From: an uncultured bacterium
GTDB lineage: Bacteria; Babelota; Babeliae; Babelales; JACPOV01
Direction: 5' to 3'
Assembly (NCBI GenBank): GCA_963744715.1
Contig: CAVUUR010000007.1
Coordinates: 32,001 to 96,000, forward strand
Length of the DNA stretch: 64,000 nucleotides
Made by a program: the position numbers and the translations under genes. Of the stretch, positions 19,306-30,687 are shown piece after piece; the stretch's first letter is position 1; each line of letters starts with the position of its first letter. The notes beneath the pieces are model-generated. The model worked only from the letters and a program-made list of their open reading frames with translations, ran no database searches and was not told the DNA's origin.

Positions 19306-20382
19306 TTACGCAACTTTTAATGCCATCCAAATATTGTTTATGGTATTCTCATCGATCACTGATCTGAAAAAATCAAGATTAGTAGCGCGATGCGCGTTAA
19401 TAATTGCTTGATGCGCACCGGCCTGTTCAAGTAACGTAAAAAATTCTTGAGTAACCGGGAAAAATGGATATTTTTCAAAATGATGTTTCAACACATCAGG
19501 ACGAAATAAATAATTAATAAATTGATAAACAAGATCATCTTTTTTGCAGGCAGCTGAAATAACCAGATTATCAATAAGCATAAAGCTTCCCTCTTTGGGT
19601 ATTATAAAATCAATATCCGGATTATTTTTTAAGGTATTAATGATAAATGGCGTTGCAATAATAACTACCGGTGATATGCCTGAAGTTAATAAATAATCTG
19701 CACGAACATCCGCATCAACATACGCCTCAACATGCTTTTTTTGTTCAATTAATACCTTTTTGATCATATCAAGTTGCGTTAAAGACAAATTATCAATAGT
19801 GCCAAAAAGATATTGCGCCGTAATTAACAGTGCTTCTCGCGGGGCATTTAACATTGCCACCGTAGAATTTTTAGGAAATGCATCAAAAAGCAATCCCCAG
19901 GTCGGCTCTACTGCATGGTTAAAATAGCGTTTGTTAATGCCTAATCCATAGATAGCCCAATAATACGGAATGGAAAACGTATTGGTTGGATCATAAAATT
20001 TTCCTACAAGATTTGGGTTAATCCTATCCCAAAACAATAATCGTTTTTTATCTAATGGTTTTAATAAAGAATATGAACGCAATTTTTCTATACTATAATC
20101 AGAAGGGATAATCAGATCAAAACCTTCTGCGCGGCTGGTGAGTAATTTTACGAATAATTCTTCATTGCTTTCAAAAAAACAGACGTTAACTTTAATACCC
20201 GTTTCCCGCTCAAAATCATGTATTATCGCAGGATCAATCATTTCAGCCCACGTTAAGATGGTGATGCTTTTTTGAGAAATCATTCGCATTTTTGTAGGTA
20301 TATAGAGAATAAACATCAATATAATTATCCAAAAAATAATCATACCGGTACGAACAATAATACGATACATGTTGTCTGTCAT
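19306..20382 (-). CDS. potD: Spermidine/putrescine ABC transporter substrate-binding protein
   Basis: FERETGIKV, SNEEL, DLIIPSDY, IPKEG. Confidence 0.9.
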   Translation of the reverse strand: MTDNMYRIIVRTGMIIFWIIILMFILYIPTKMRMISQKSITILTWAEMIDPAIIHDFERETGIKVNVCFFESNEELFVKLLTSRAEGFDLIIPSDYSIEKLRSYSLLKPLDKKRLLFWDRINPNLVGKFYDPTNTFSIPYYWAIYGLGINKRYFNHAVEPTWGLLFDAFPKNSTVAMLNAPREALLITAQYLFGTIDNLSLTQLDMIKKVLIEQKKHVEAYVDADVRADYLLTSGISPVVIIATPFIINTLKNNPDIDFIIPKEGSFMLIDNLVISAACKKDDLVYQFINYLFRPDVLKHHFEKYPFFPVTQEFFTLLEQAGAHQAIINAHRATNLDFFRSVIDENTINNIWMALKVA

Positions 20383-20394
20383 AACAATACCAAT

Positions 20395-21171
20395 TTAAAA
20401 TATTCTCATGCGAAGTTGCAGCGAAGAAAATAATACAATAAAAATACTACTTAAAAGTAGTAACAACGTTGATAATGCATTGATTGATGGTGAAACACCA
20501 CCACGAATCATAGCAAAAATATACAACGATAACGTTTGCGCAGAACTGCCGGCACAAAAAAAAGAAATTAAAAAATCATCTAATGAAATAATAAACACCA
20601 GCAATCCTGCCGCAATAATTGCAGGCATCAACATAGGTAACACAACACGTAAAAATGTTTGATTGAGTGAAGCACCTAAATCTAATGAGGCTTCAATAAC
20701 ACTGTAATCTAATTCCGCAAAACGTGCCGATAAAATAGGAACAACATACCCCAATCCCAACACCGTATGCCCAACAATTAAAGTAGATAGCCCCAGAGGA
20801 ATTGAGCAGAAGGTAAATAGGGTCAGTAACCCCACACCGATTATTATTTCGGGAACCATTAAATTTGCATAAAAAATTACCCACCATGAACGCAATCTTG
20901 TTTGTGCACTATAAAAAACAAACATCATGCCAATAGTCAAACTCAATAACATTGAACTACTTGCTACTATTAAAGAATTTTTGAGTGCGTCCCAAATAAG
21001 TGGCGATTGAAATAATTCAACGTACCAGCGGGAAGAAAAAGATACCCATCGGTAGGGAAAAGTAACGCTATTGAATGAAAAAATAACTAACACAATAATG
21101 GGGATATATAGAAAAATATATCCACTAACAACAATCAGCGGTACACAATAATGCGACAAGCGTTTAATCAT
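20395..21171 (-). CDS. potC: Polyamine ABC permease
   Basis: FLYIPIIVLVIFSFN, EASLDLGAS, SLDDF. Confidence 0.92.
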   Translation of the reverse strand: MIKRLSHYCVPLIVVSGYIFLYIPIIVLVIFSFNSVTFPYRWVSFSSRWYVELFQSPLIWDALKNSLIVASSSMLLSLTIGMMFVFYSAQTRLRSWWVIFYANLMVPEIIIGVGLLTLFTFCSIPLGLSTLIVGHTVLGLGYVVPILSARFAELDYSVIEASLDLGASLNQTFLRVVLPMLMPAIIAAGLLVFIISLDDFLISFFCAGSSAQTLSLYIFAMIRGGVSPSINALSTLLLLLSSIFIVLFSSLQLRMRIF

Positions 21172-22051
21172 GAATGTACCTTTGACCTATAAATAATCTT
21201 TTTAAAATCCAATGTAACACAACAATAACGGCTAATAATATTACCCCACTCAAACAAGTAAATGCTGCTCCTGCAGAATTATTAGAAGCCGTTAATATGT
21301 AATGAGAAATGGCGTTGCCAACGAACATATATTTGTCACCGCCCATTAATAATGGAATAACAAATTCGCCAAATGCTACAACGAAAACTAAAAAATACCC
21401 GGTGCGAATACCAGAAAAACTTAGTGGTACAATAATATGAAAAAATGTTTGGCGAACCGTTGCCCCTAAATCAAATGACGATTCAATGAGCGTTATATCA
21501 ATTTTTTCTAAGCTGCTAAAAATAGGCATTATCATGAATGGTAAATAACAATACATCATAACCAACGCAACACCATAGATACTATTTAAAAGCATAATTG
21601 GTTCATTAATGATCCCTAAATGCATGAGTGCATAATTGAGCAAACCATCTTTATCAAGGATAAAAAACCAGGCATATATCAAAATAAGAAGATTGCTCCA
21701 AAATGGTATAATCAAAAAAAATAGTAATATATTTTTAATCCGTTTTGCTTTCAGTGCTAAAAAATATGCGATAGGATATCCAATTAACAAACAACTGGAG
21801 GCCGTTGTCCATGCCAATAATAGAGAATATCCGATAATTTTAAAATGAACGTTATCAAATAAGTTTTGATAATGTGATAGCGTAAACGATAACGGAAAGA
21901 ATGGTGACAGATCGGAATTCAAAAAGCTCACCATAACAATAATACACAGCGGTGAAAAAACAAAAAATATTTGCCATAATAACGCCGGCACCATCATAAA
22001 AAAAGAAAATTGTGATAAAATATGATGCTTAATCGTTTGTAGTGTATTCAT
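21164..22051 (-). CDS. potB: Polyamine ABC permease
   Basis: GYPIAY, IPFWSN, YLPFMIMP, ESSFDLGA. Confidence 0.92.
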   Translation of the reverse strand: MNTLQTIKHHILSQFSFFMMVPALLWQIFFVFSPLCIIVMVSFLNSDLSPFFPLSFTLSHYQNLFDNVHFKIIGYSLLLAWTTASSCLLIGYPIAYFLALKAKRIKNILLFFLIIPFWSNLLILIYAWFFILDKDGLLNYALMHLGIINEPIMLLNSIYGVALVMMYCYLPFMIMPIFSSLEKIDITLIESSFDLGATVRQTFFHIIVPLSFSGIRTGYFLVFVVAFGEFVIPLLMGGDKYMFVGNAISHYILTASNNSAGAAFTCLSGVILLAVIVVLHWILKRLFIGQRYIHD

Positions 22052-23142
22052 CGTTCCAATAAAAGAGCGTTTTCTTTTTGCCAATATATATTAACCTCAT
22101 TACCGTAATCAATCTCTTCCCGTGGAAAATGTTCTTCATTTTGTTCAAAAATACAAACAATATGATTGTTTTTTAAACGAACATTATATTGCGTAGAACG
22201 ACCGTGATAAACGATCGATTCAACAATACCTACCAAATGATTTGAAAAACCTTCAGTTAATTTTTTACTAATTAAAATTTTCTCTGGACGCAAACTCATA
22301 AAAACCTCTTTGCCGTCTACCATCCAATCTTTTTTCTCAGGAATAAAAACGCAGAACAAGCCCAAATCTTTAATTTCCAGGAATGCTTCATGTTCCTTTA
22401 ATTGTAAAACTCCTTTTACAATATTAGTTGTTCCTACAAAGCGAGCAACAAAAGAAGATACTGGAAATTCATAAATTTCTTTAGGAGTGCCCTGTTGTTC
22501 AATATGTCCATCATGATTCATAATTGCCATTTGATCAGCTACCGTTAATGCTTCAAACTGATCGTGCGTTACATAAACAAAGGTAGTTTGTAACTTACTT
22601 TGTAGTTCAATCAACTCTATCAACATTTTTTCGCGAAGTTTTAAATCGAGCGCCGCTAATGGTTCATCTAATAACAAAACATCCGGCTCATTAATTATTG
22701 CTCGTGCCAAGGCAACTCGTTGACGTTGCCCCCCAGATAGCTGTGCAATTGATTTATAAATATGCGCTTCTAAATGTACCGTTTTTAATATTTTAATTAC
22801 TTTCTGCTCAATAACATCTGCCGGCAAATTTTTAATTTTCTGACTATACGCAATATTGTCAAAAACGTTTAAGTGAGGAAATAATGCATAATTTTGAAAT
22901 ACCGTATTAATGCGGCGTTTATTAATTGCAACGTCCGTAATATCTTCATTACCTAAAAAAATCTTCCCTTCATCTACCGTTTCAAATCCAGCAATAAGCC
23001 GCAATAAGGTTGTTTTACCACAACCACTCGGGCCTAGGAGGGCAAAAAACTGTCCGGATGGAATCTCCAAGGAAAGATTATCCAATATCTCCTGACCATT
23101 ATATAATTTTTTTATATGTTCGAGCCTAATGCTCTTTTTCAT
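22048..23142 (-). CDS. potA: Polyamine ABC transporter ATPase
   Basis: GPSGCGKT, LSGGQRQR, LLLDEP; start reassigned to MKKSIRL. Confidence 0.93.
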   Translation of the reverse strand: MKKSIRLEHIKKLYNGQEILDNLSLEIPSGQFFALLGPSGCGKTTLLRLIAGFETVDEGKIFLGNEDITDVAINKRRINTVFQNYALFPHLNVFDNIAYSQKIKNLPADVIEQKVIKILKTVHLEAHIYKSIAQLSGGQRQRVALARAIINEPDVLLLDEPLAALDLKLREKMLIELIELQSKLQTTFVYVTHDQFEALTVADQMAIMNHDGHIEQQGTPKEIYEFPVSSFVARFVGTTNIVKGVLQLKEHEAFLEIKDLGLFCVFIPEKKDWMVDGKEVFMSLRPEKILISKKLTEGFSNHLVGIVESIVYHGRSTQYNVRLKNNHIVCIFEQNEEHFPREEIDYGNEVNIYWQKENALLLER

Positions 23143-23825
23143 ACCTTTTTCTCCGACCGCGCAACAAGAACAGGAACAATAATATCTGCAAGCGTACACG
23201 GAACAACAACGGCTATAATAAGAATAACGAATAAAGCACCCATCTGTGGATACCAATGACCAAACCCTTCGGAAACTAAATAAAACAGCGATGCAAGTGA
23301 ACTTGATAAAATATGACCAACATGCATACCTAAAGAATAAAATCCTTTATTTATGGCCGTATTCTTACTAATAACTAATCCGTTTAAAAGCCCTATCCCC
23401 AAGAAAGGAACAATATTATGCATCTCTGATATGAGGCAAATATGGAATCGCATTGATACCCCTAAAAATCTTCCAGCCACATACGGCAAAATAATATCCG
23501 AAAGGGTACAAAAAATTAATGCCGAAAGCAATGCTACAATAAAACCTTTCATAATGTTATTAGAATAACGAGAGAACATTACTAAAGCCCCCGTAGAAGC
23601 AAAAACAAGATGTAAAAAATGAAAGCTATGGAAAAGCATATGCATGCCTTTTGCCGGCGCACCGCCCACACCTTTAGTTAACCCGGAAAATTCTAAAAGG
23701 CTTAATACAATTAAACCTAGTGCCGCTGAAAAAATAGCGTACGGAAAATGGCACATAAGCTCATCAATCAATGAACCTTTATGATTTTCATGGTTATGTA
23801 CCTGACAAGAACTTTTATGACTCAT
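23139..23825 (-). CDS. His-rich multi-pass membrane protein
   Basis: About 6 TM segments; HFPY, FHSFHFLH, CTLSDI, HVGH; stop overlaps potA start. Confidence 0.7.
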   Translation of the reverse strand: MSHKSSCQVHNHENHKGSLIDELMCHFPYAIFSAALGLIVLSLLEFSGLTKGVGGAPAKGMHMLFHSFHFLHLVFASTGALVMFSRYSNNIMKGFIVALLSALIFCTLSDIILPYVAGRFLGVSMRFHICLISEMHNIVPFLGIGLLNGLVISKNTAINKGFYSLGMHVGHILSSSLASLFYLVSEGFGHWYPQMGALFVILIIAVVVPCTLADIIVPVLVARSEKKV

Positions 23826-23967
23826 GGTAATTTAATCCTAATTAATATGTTGTTAAAAAAAGCGTATCTTTTATGGTTAAATATAAAACTTTTTTTCCAA
23901 TTAATCAAAAAAAACAAAAAAAGCGTCAATCTGAAATATTTTCTTATTATCTCTAACGTTTTATCTT

Positions 23968-26841
23968 TTAGAAAGCCTGGCCTAAGGTTAAAAAACAGGC
24001 AAACCAGGATTCTTCTATCTCATTTTTTCGCCATTTCCAACCGATATCAAATCGCAGAGGACCTATTGGGGTGTTATAACGTACACCAAAACCCGTTGCT
24101 CCTAACCACTTTCCTCCTTTAATTTCACTTATGGCATGTTCTACTAAAATACCAACATCTTGAAAAATAGCACCGGTAAAATTTCTAAACAACGGAAACC
24201 TGACCTCAATATTACCGTTTAACATTGATTTCCCCCCTTGTGGAACCAAATGACTTTTTTCTTTTTCATCAATATAACAACCCAACGGAGGCGCCATGTT
24301 AGGACTATAGGCACGCAGCGAGTTCTCACCACCCAAATAAAAACGATCTGAAGGCATTACGCGCGCAAAACGTTCATTAAAAATGTGTCCTACCCGAATT
24401 CTAAGCCCTAAGACTAACGGTGTCAGCGGAATAAAAAATGATTGCTCAGCAAGTAATTTAAAAAATTTAATACCACGATTATCCCATGGAAACCGACCTT
24501 TGCAAACTACTACGGTAAGAAATCCTCGTGTTGGATTGAGCTGATCATCTAAATAATCAATAAAAAGATTCGGCTCAAAGAAAAAATAGAGAACTTTTTT
24601 ATCAACTAACGTCGGTGCAAAATTAATAGCATGTGCTAATTGCTCAGATACAACACTTGTTTTAAAAAATTCTAAACCAATATTACATCCCCAGTCAATA
24701 CAACTATATTTACGCGAAAGACCGACTAAAAATCCTTGCTGTGTTGCTTTATATAATGGTTTATCATGACCGATAGCAACCGGTTGCACATAAATATTAT
24801 CATATCCTTTAAGAATCAGTGAAATTGGTCTGTTAAAATTCCAGGGCCGTACATAGCTACCAGATATATTTTGATAAAATCGCGTTACATCAGCATCCAC
24901 CGTAATGCTATCTCCCACATTACCAGGATTTTTATAACACAATGAACCACCTATCTTATAGGTAGTTCCATTTCTAAACGTTAAATTTTTACTAATTTGC
25001 TGAAACCCCGCACGTAAACGAACTTCAAATGGGTCGTCTTCCACCAATTTTAACATAACAGCTTTTTCAGATTCATGTTCTGCAATGGCATCCGGATAGG
25101 CATGAATCGTTTCAAAAATATCGAAATTTCGTAAATGGCCAAATGATTTTTCAAGTTCTTCTTTATTCCACGGAGCACCTTCTTTATCTTGCATAAATCG
25201 CATTGCAATCGAAAATGGAAAAGTAGTATCGCCAATAATAATTGTTTTACCAAAGGTCACTTGTTGTTCTTTGATACGTATATGCCATATAAGATCAACC
25301 AACTCATCATGTTCGATTAACTCTGATGTAACATCGGCATACCAATATCCCTGTTTCTGGAAATAATCAACAAGCCACTGCTTTTGCTCTTGAATACATT
25401 CTACGTTAAACGGAATAAGCTTATGAGTATTATGCTTGAATGGCCCTATAGAAAGCAAATCGGGAAACCCTTCAATAGTTATACTAGAAAGATAGCGTCG
25501 CTTCCCTTCCTCAATATTAATTTCTAAACAATATAATTCCGAATGTGGTACCTGAGTAAATGATTGTTTCAGTACCTTTACATCCCAAAAGCCTTCTTTT
25601 TTATAAAAGTTTATAAGATTAATAATCGATTTTTTGACAACGTCAACATCAAAATACAAACCTTTTTTAAAGAATCCAAAATATTTTTTATTGAGCGATA
25701 GCGCATCAAAGGCCTGTATTCCTTGCAAAACAACATGATTAATTCTTGCACGAGGACCTTCTCGTATTAAAAAAAAATATCGATTATCTTCCTGCTTTGA
25801 TTCTATAGTAACCTGCCAAAAACCTTTTTTATTATAAGCCTGAATAATTTCTTCTGCCAAAAGAGAAAGTGGCAGAAGATATAATGAACGACCAAATACC
25901 AGTACATGATCGAGCAACTGTTGTTTTGAAAAAAAATGATTACCAAAAAAGATAAAGGTTCGTTTTGCATCAAATTTGATAATGAATCGGAGTGCAACTT
26001 TTTGCGTTTGATAATCGATGGATTCATGAAGTTCTATTGAAGCATTGAGAAATCCTTTTTTATATAAATAATCTTTCAAACGTTGTGCTTCTTTATTAAT
26101 CATTGTTTTTGAATAATAAGATCGAATAATTTTAGATGAAAAAATTCTATCTATTTTTTTTAGTAAACCATCATGAGAAATCTTATTTGAATCATTCTGC
26201 TCTTCAAATAGTATCTGATCAACGATAAAACGTAATCCCGGAGTAAGAATTAAGGTAGCATTAACCGTTTTTGTTTGATGATCATAATCCAAATAATCCC
26301 CCACATGCGCTTTGCAATATCCATCTCTTTTGAGGGCATCTTCAACTTGTTTAACACTATACGTATGCCGTTGTATATCAAAAATATTACCTGATTCACC
26401 TACGTATTGTTGCCGATACATCTCCTTATTACCAAAAGATCCTTGAAATCTCACTTTGCCAAAGGTCCATAGCCCTATTAAATCAAAATGAACTTCTGCG
26501 CCATCGGCAGATTGCGTAATAGTTAAGGTTATTGTTTCAAATTTGTTTTTTTTCTTAAGATAACTACATGCCTTTTTTATCTGCTCAATGGTAACGTATG
26601 ATCCTTTGGGAATGCTCACTAAATAGTCAAACTCCTCTTTTTGTAATAAAACATCAGAATCAAACGTAACGTTTTTAACCAGTAAAGGTTGTTTAATGGA
26701 AGCCTCTAACGTATCAAACCATAGTTGTGAACTATCTAATACAATACTTTCACATATAGTTTCATCTGAGAAGAGAGGCCAACAAAATAAAATAGAAAAA
26801 ATAAAAATTAAATAAAAAAAATGAGCACCTGTAGTACGCAC
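23968..26841 (-). CDS. Omp85 family (BamA/TamA-like) outer-membrane protein with POTRA domains
   Basis: RFYLGGENSLRAY, GFGVRYNTPIGPLRFDIG, terminal GQAF. Confidence 0.9.
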   Translation of the reverse strand: MRTTGAHFFYLIFIFSILFCWPLFSDETICESIVLDSSQLWFDTLEASIKQPLLVKNVTFDSDVLLQKEEFDYLVSIPKGSYVTIEQIKKACSYLKKKNKFETITLTITQSADGAEVHFDLIGLWTFGKVRFQGSFGNKEMYRQQYVGESGNIFDIQRHTYSVKQVEDALKRDGYCKAHVGDYLDYDHQTKTVNATLILTPGLRFIVDQILFEEQNDSNKISHDGLLKKIDRIFSSKIIRSYYSKTMINKEAQRLKDYLYKKGFLNASIELHESIDYQTQKVALRFIIKFDAKRTFIFFGNHFFSKQQLLDHVLVFGRSLYLLPLSLLAEEIIQAYNKKGFWQVTIESKQEDNRYFFLIREGPRARINHVVLQGIQAFDALSLNKKYFGFFKKGLYFDVDVVKKSIINLINFYKKEGFWDVKVLKQSFTQVPHSELYCLEINIEEGKRRYLSSITIEGFPDLLSIGPFKHNTHKLIPFNVECIQEQKQWLVDYFQKQGYWYADVTSELIEHDELVDLIWHIRIKEQQVTFGKTIIIGDTTFPFSIAMRFMQDKEGAPWNKEELEKSFGHLRNFDIFETIHAYPDAIAEHESEKAVMLKLVEDDPFEVRLRAGFQQISKNLTFRNGTTYKIGGSLCYKNPGNVGDSITVDADVTRFYQNISGSYVRPWNFNRPISLILKGYDNIYVQPVAIGHDKPLYKATQQGFLVGLSRKYSCIDWGCNIGLEFFKTSVVSEQLAHAINFAPTLVDKKVLYFFFEPNLFIDYLDDQLNPTRGFLTVVVCKGRFPWDNRGIKFFKLLAEQSFFIPLTPLVLGLRIRVGHIFNERFARVMPSDRFYLGGENSLRAYSPNMAPPLGCYIDEKEKSHLVPQGGKSMLNGNIEVRFPLFRNFTGAIFQDVGILVEHAISEIKGGKWLGATGFGVRYNTPIGPLRFDIGWKWRKNEIEESWFACFLTLGQAF

Positions 26842-26999
26842 AACACCGTAATCCTAAAATAATAATCTCATTAATATAGCGTACCACAAATGGGAATTTG
26901 TACTATTATTTTAACGTATTTTGTCATTAAAATTATTTACACAATAATGAGAAATAGATTCTTAAATATTCTAATATCATGTAAAACGTAATAATATCA

Positions 27000-27488
27000 T
27001 TATTGGTACTTATTACTCTTACGAAAACAAAATTTCTGATAACAACTTCCAATTTCTTGCAAATCTTTAGGAACGTGAGCAGTACCTATTGGCTTATTGA
27101 GTATCCCCAATTCAGTCTTCAATTTATCTTGAAGAATAACTACATTGCTCGGTAAATTTACACTCCCAGATACTACCCTTAATTTTGATAATTCTTTTTC
27201 TCTTAAAACCTCAAGAATCTTACAACACCAATCTTGTGATGAAATTACACATTCAATCAATTTATTATTATTATCATTTTCAACTATAGACAATGGAAAA
27301 ACATCACAATAATTTTGTTTCTCAATTAATAATATTTGCAACCTTCCAACCCACTTGTTTGGCCATAATTGTTCTAGTCCACGCGGGTCATCCATTTTAT
27401 ACCATATCTGTATCGGTAATCTAGGAATCATGTCCATACTATGCAAAGCAAAAAAACAATTAATAATAACTATTAAAAATATATACAT
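27000..27488 (-). CDS. Hypothetical exported protein
   Basis: Likely start MYIFLIVIINCFFALHSMD preceded by GAGG. Confidence 0.5.
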   Translation of the reverse strand: MYIFLIVIINCFFALHSMDMIPRLPIQIWYKMDDPRGLEQLWPNKWVGRLQILLIEKQNYCDVFPLSIVENDNNNKLIECVISSQDWCCKILEVLREKELSKLRVVSGSVNLPSNVVILQDKLKTELGILNKPIGTAHVPKDLQEIGSCYQKFCFRKSNKYQ

Positions 27489-27710
27489 AACTATTACCTC
27501 AACTATAAATACCTGAAAAACTATTAAAAATACTTTATTGTTGATCAACAATATCATTGTTTTTAAAATTTTAATAGTATTTATTTTAAAATAATAATGC
27601 TCTGTATTTATAGTAAAAACAAACACACTTCTCTATTAGTATAATAAAAAATTGTTTTTAATAGTTAAGAAAACAACTTTTTCAACAATAAAAATAAACG
27701 TTACATTTTT

Positions 27711-27986
27711 CTATTCAATAATTCTAAAAACACCCCGATAATCTTTTGTTTTTACAAAAGGTTCTATCGCTATATTTTTCACGGATTTTTTAGCAGCTTC
27801 TTGATGAAGCATATCTACCAAATCATCCAAACGATCTTTAGTGCCACATACAATAATCATTAACGTAGTAGGTTGGGTTGCTTGAACAATTCCTTCAAGC
27901 CCCAATTCACGTGCTTTTTTTTGAATATTTATTGGCAAAAGCTTCGCAGCTTCAACAGAAAGAGTGATATGTAAACATTGACTCAT
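27711..27986 (-). CDS. Acylphosphatase-like protein
   Basis: IQKKARELGLEGIVQ...IIVCG...FRII pattern; catalytic residues appear degenerate. Confidence 0.55.
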   Translation of the reverse strand: MSQCLHITLSVEAAKLLPINIQKKARELGLEGIVQATQPTTLMIIVCGTKDRLDDLVDMLHQEAAKKSVKNIAIEPFVKTKDYRGVFRIIE

Positions 27987-28166
27987 AGGCTTCTCCTTTT
28001 TAATGACCTTGTTCAAAAGGAAGGTAGCAAAATAATACTAGTAATGTCAAAAAAAATAGCAGTATATACTAGTAATTATCATAAACGATTAACTAGACGC
28101 ATGAGCAGTATATTAGTACAATATACTTACTATGTATACGATCAAGCCTTACAACAAGGATTATTC

Positions 28167-29618
28167 ATGGAAATGAATCATGTGCGCGTGAGATTCGCCC
28201 CTTCTCCAACAGGCCTCATGCATTTGGGCGGTGTCAGAACCGCACTTTTTAATTATCTTTTTGCAAAAAAATATAATGGAACGTTTATTATTCGTATAGA
28301 AGATACCGATTTAGAAAGAAATTTTGATCCGGGTGGCAAAGAAATTCTTAAAGATTTGGCATGGCTTGGATTAGCACATGAAGAAGGGCCTGACAATGGT
28401 GGCCCCTATGCCCCGTATTTGCAATCAGAACGATCAGCATTGTATCAAGAAAAACTTACTTTTTTACACCAGCACCATTTCATTTATCGTTGCTTTTGTA
28501 CGGTTGAAGAATTAGAACGAAAAAGAAAACGTCAAATTGCACTCAAGTTACCGCCGCGCTACGATCGAACCTGCTGTGCACTTCCCGCCGACGCCGTAGA
28601 AGAAAAATTAAAGAATGGTACTCCTTTTATTTGGCGATTTAAAATTGATATCGAAAAAAAAGTAGAATTTATCGATCTTGCCCGTGGCACCATAGTTTTT
28701 GATTTAAGTCATTTTTCTGATTTTCCTTTAACACGCCAAGACGGAAGTTTTACGTTTTTGTTTGTTAACGCGGTTGATGATATTGTTATGAACATCTCTC
28801 ATGTGCTGCGAGGAGAGGATCATCTTTCAAATACCGCCAGCCAAGTTACTCTGTATCATGCTTTTAATCATCAACTTCCAATTTTTTGGCATTTGCCAAT
28901 CATTTGCAACGTTGAAGGTAAAAAGCTTTCCAAAAGAGATTTTGGATTCTCATTGAAAGATCTTCAACAAGCAGGTTTTTTGCCTGAAGCATTATGTAAC
29001 TACCTTGCCATTATTGGTAGTTCATTTAAACAAGAAATTATGAGTTTAACGCAATTGGCTGATGCTATTGATTTTGCCGCCATTCATTCAACCGGAGCAA
29101 TTCGGTATGATTTGGAAAAACTCAAATGGGTTAACCAACAATGGATCGCTACGCAATACACGCCTGAACAATTAACCACCATAGCAACTCCTTTTTTGGT
29201 AAGCGTTTATCCGCAAGCTGCTCAACTACCCCACGCTACCATGCTAACGTTAATTAAAACAATCCAAGCAGAATTGGTTACACTTAAAGATATTCCACAC
29301 GTATTACAATTCTACTTTGAAGAGCCAATTGTTACGCATGAAAAACTTCTTGAACATGTTCCACAACCATTACTTGATCAATCATTGGCTATCATAGAAG
29401 CGCAGTATACCGCTCTTTCCTCATTTGATCTTTTTTTTACTCACATTAAAGAGCAATGCAAAGCGCACAACGTTCCTTTAAAAACTGTTTTGATAACGCT
29501 GAGATTATTATTGAGCGGCTCTCCACAAGGACCGAGTATTAAAGAAATGATTACGTTGTTAGGCAATGAGGTTGCGCAACGTCGCTTACTCAAAACACTT
29601 GCCGATGCACGAGCATGA
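28167..29618 (+). CDS. gltX: Glutamate--tRNA ligase
   Basis: RFAPSPTG, HLGG, RIEDTD, RGEDH, KLSKR. Confidence 0.97.
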   Translation: MEMNHVRVRFAPSPTGLMHLGGVRTALFNYLFAKKYNGTFIIRIEDTDLERNFDPGGKEILKDLAWLGLAHEEGPDNGGPYAPYLQSERSALYQEKLTFLHQHHFIYRCFCTVEELERKRKRQIALKLPPRYDRTCCALPADAVEEKLKNGTPFIWRFKIDIEKKVEFIDLARGTIVFDLSHFSDFPLTRQDGSFTFLFVNAVDDIVMNISHVLRGEDHLSNTASQVTLYHAFNHQLPIFWHLPIICNVEGKKLSKRDFGFSLKDLQQAGFLPEALCNYLAIIGSSFKQEIMSLTQLADAIDFAAIHSTGAIRYDLEKLKWVNQQWIATQYTPEQLTTIATPFLVSVYPQAAQLPHATMLTLIKTIQAELVTLKDIPHVLQFYFEEPIVTHEKLLEHVPQPLLDQSLAIIEAQYTALSSFDLFFTHIKEQCKAHNVPLKTVLITLRLLLSGSPQGPSIKEMITLLGNEVAQRRLLKTLADARA

Positions 29619-29655
29619 AAATTATTTTTCTAAATAACAAAAGATCTGAGTCTCG

Positions 29656-30324
29656 CTAGTCTTTTAACATTTTTTCAATAACATCGATAACCACGTGATT
29701 CGGATAATTATTTTGAACGTAATGCCGGAAAAAAGATTTAGGATTTATATCATCGTACAGCAATTGCTCAGTGATAGGCCCCTTTATATTTTTTAGGCCC
29801 ATTCTTAATGCAGCACGTGCTTGAACAATTTTATTTTGCTCGAAGTAATAAGTACCAAGATCGATATAATGCTGAACGTAATCAGGAAAAAATTCTATGG
29901 CATTTAATAATGATTGTTCATATTCATTTTTATCATTTTTTTTATAATACCATGATTTTGAAAGCTCAATCATCGATTGCATTTCTTTATTACAAATTTC
30001 AAGCGCACATAATTTTTTAAAAAGTACAGCATCAACCCCATCAACCCATATGTCCTGCAAATATGCCAGCAATAAAGCAATTGAAGAATCACTATAATGG
30101 TTTAAAAAACAGGTTAAATATCTAATACTTTCATCGAGACTGTTAAAGGGTCCTATATACAAAGCAAGAGCAAAACGTATTAATATTTCAGAGTCATAGG
30201 GATGTTGTGTAATACAATTTTCACAATCTTTTTTGAGTATTAAAATATTGTGCGGTATCATATTTGATTTTTTATAGTTTATATAATATTGCTCTAATAG
30301 CCGTATTAAGTCATTTTTTCTCAT
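29656..30324 (-). CDS. TPR-like helical protein, last gene of toxin locus 3
   Basis: AIEFFPDYVQHYIDLGTYYFEQNKIVQA TPR-like pattern. Confidence 0.55.
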   Translation of the reverse strand: MRKNDLIRLLEQYYINYKKSNMIPHNILILKKDCENCITQHPYDSEILIRFALALYIGPFNSLDESIRYLTCFLNHYSDSSIALLLAYLQDIWVDGVDAVLFKKLCALEICNKEMQSMIELSKSWYYKKNDKNEYEQSLLNAIEFFPDYVQHYIDLGTYYFEQNKIVQARAALRMGLKNIKGPITEQLLYDDINPKSFFRHYVQNNYPNHVVIDVIEKMLKD

Positions 30325-30379
30325 AATATTCTATTACATATACGCAGCAATAATATTATTAAAAATAAAATTATGCTAA

Positions 30380-30679
30380 CTATGAACAATAATCCATTAT
30401 CTCAGGAAAATCATTATCATTCAATGCTCTGATAACTTTAATAATTACGGGGCCCAGCATTTTTCCATCTATACCAGGAACATTAAAAATTTCTTCAGGA
30501 TTCGTTAAATCAATGGTTTTTATAGGGTTAACAAATTTTTTCGTATTATAGAATGTTATATTTTTTTTATTTAAGTTAATACTTATATAGAAATTTTTTT
30601 CATGATATTCATCTTCAACTAAATAATAGAGGTTATTGTTTTCATTTAAAATTTTTCTGATTTTTACATAGATTCCCAT
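30380..30679 (-). CDS. Small putative immunity protein of toxin locus 3
   Basis: 99 aa, starts 8 nt after toxin stop; ends FPEIMDYCS. Confidence 0.6.
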   Translation of the reverse strand: MGIYVKIRKILNENNNLYYLVEDEYHEKNFYISINLNKKNITFYNTKKFVNPIKTIDLTNPEEIFNVPGIDGKMLGPVIIKVIRALNDNDFPEIMDYCS

Positions 30680-30687
30680 AAAGCATC

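Noticed and set aside
23143..23256. Cys-rich N-terminal extension of potA
   Set aside because: Alternative-frame reading of the upstream membrane gene; the real start is MKKSIRL
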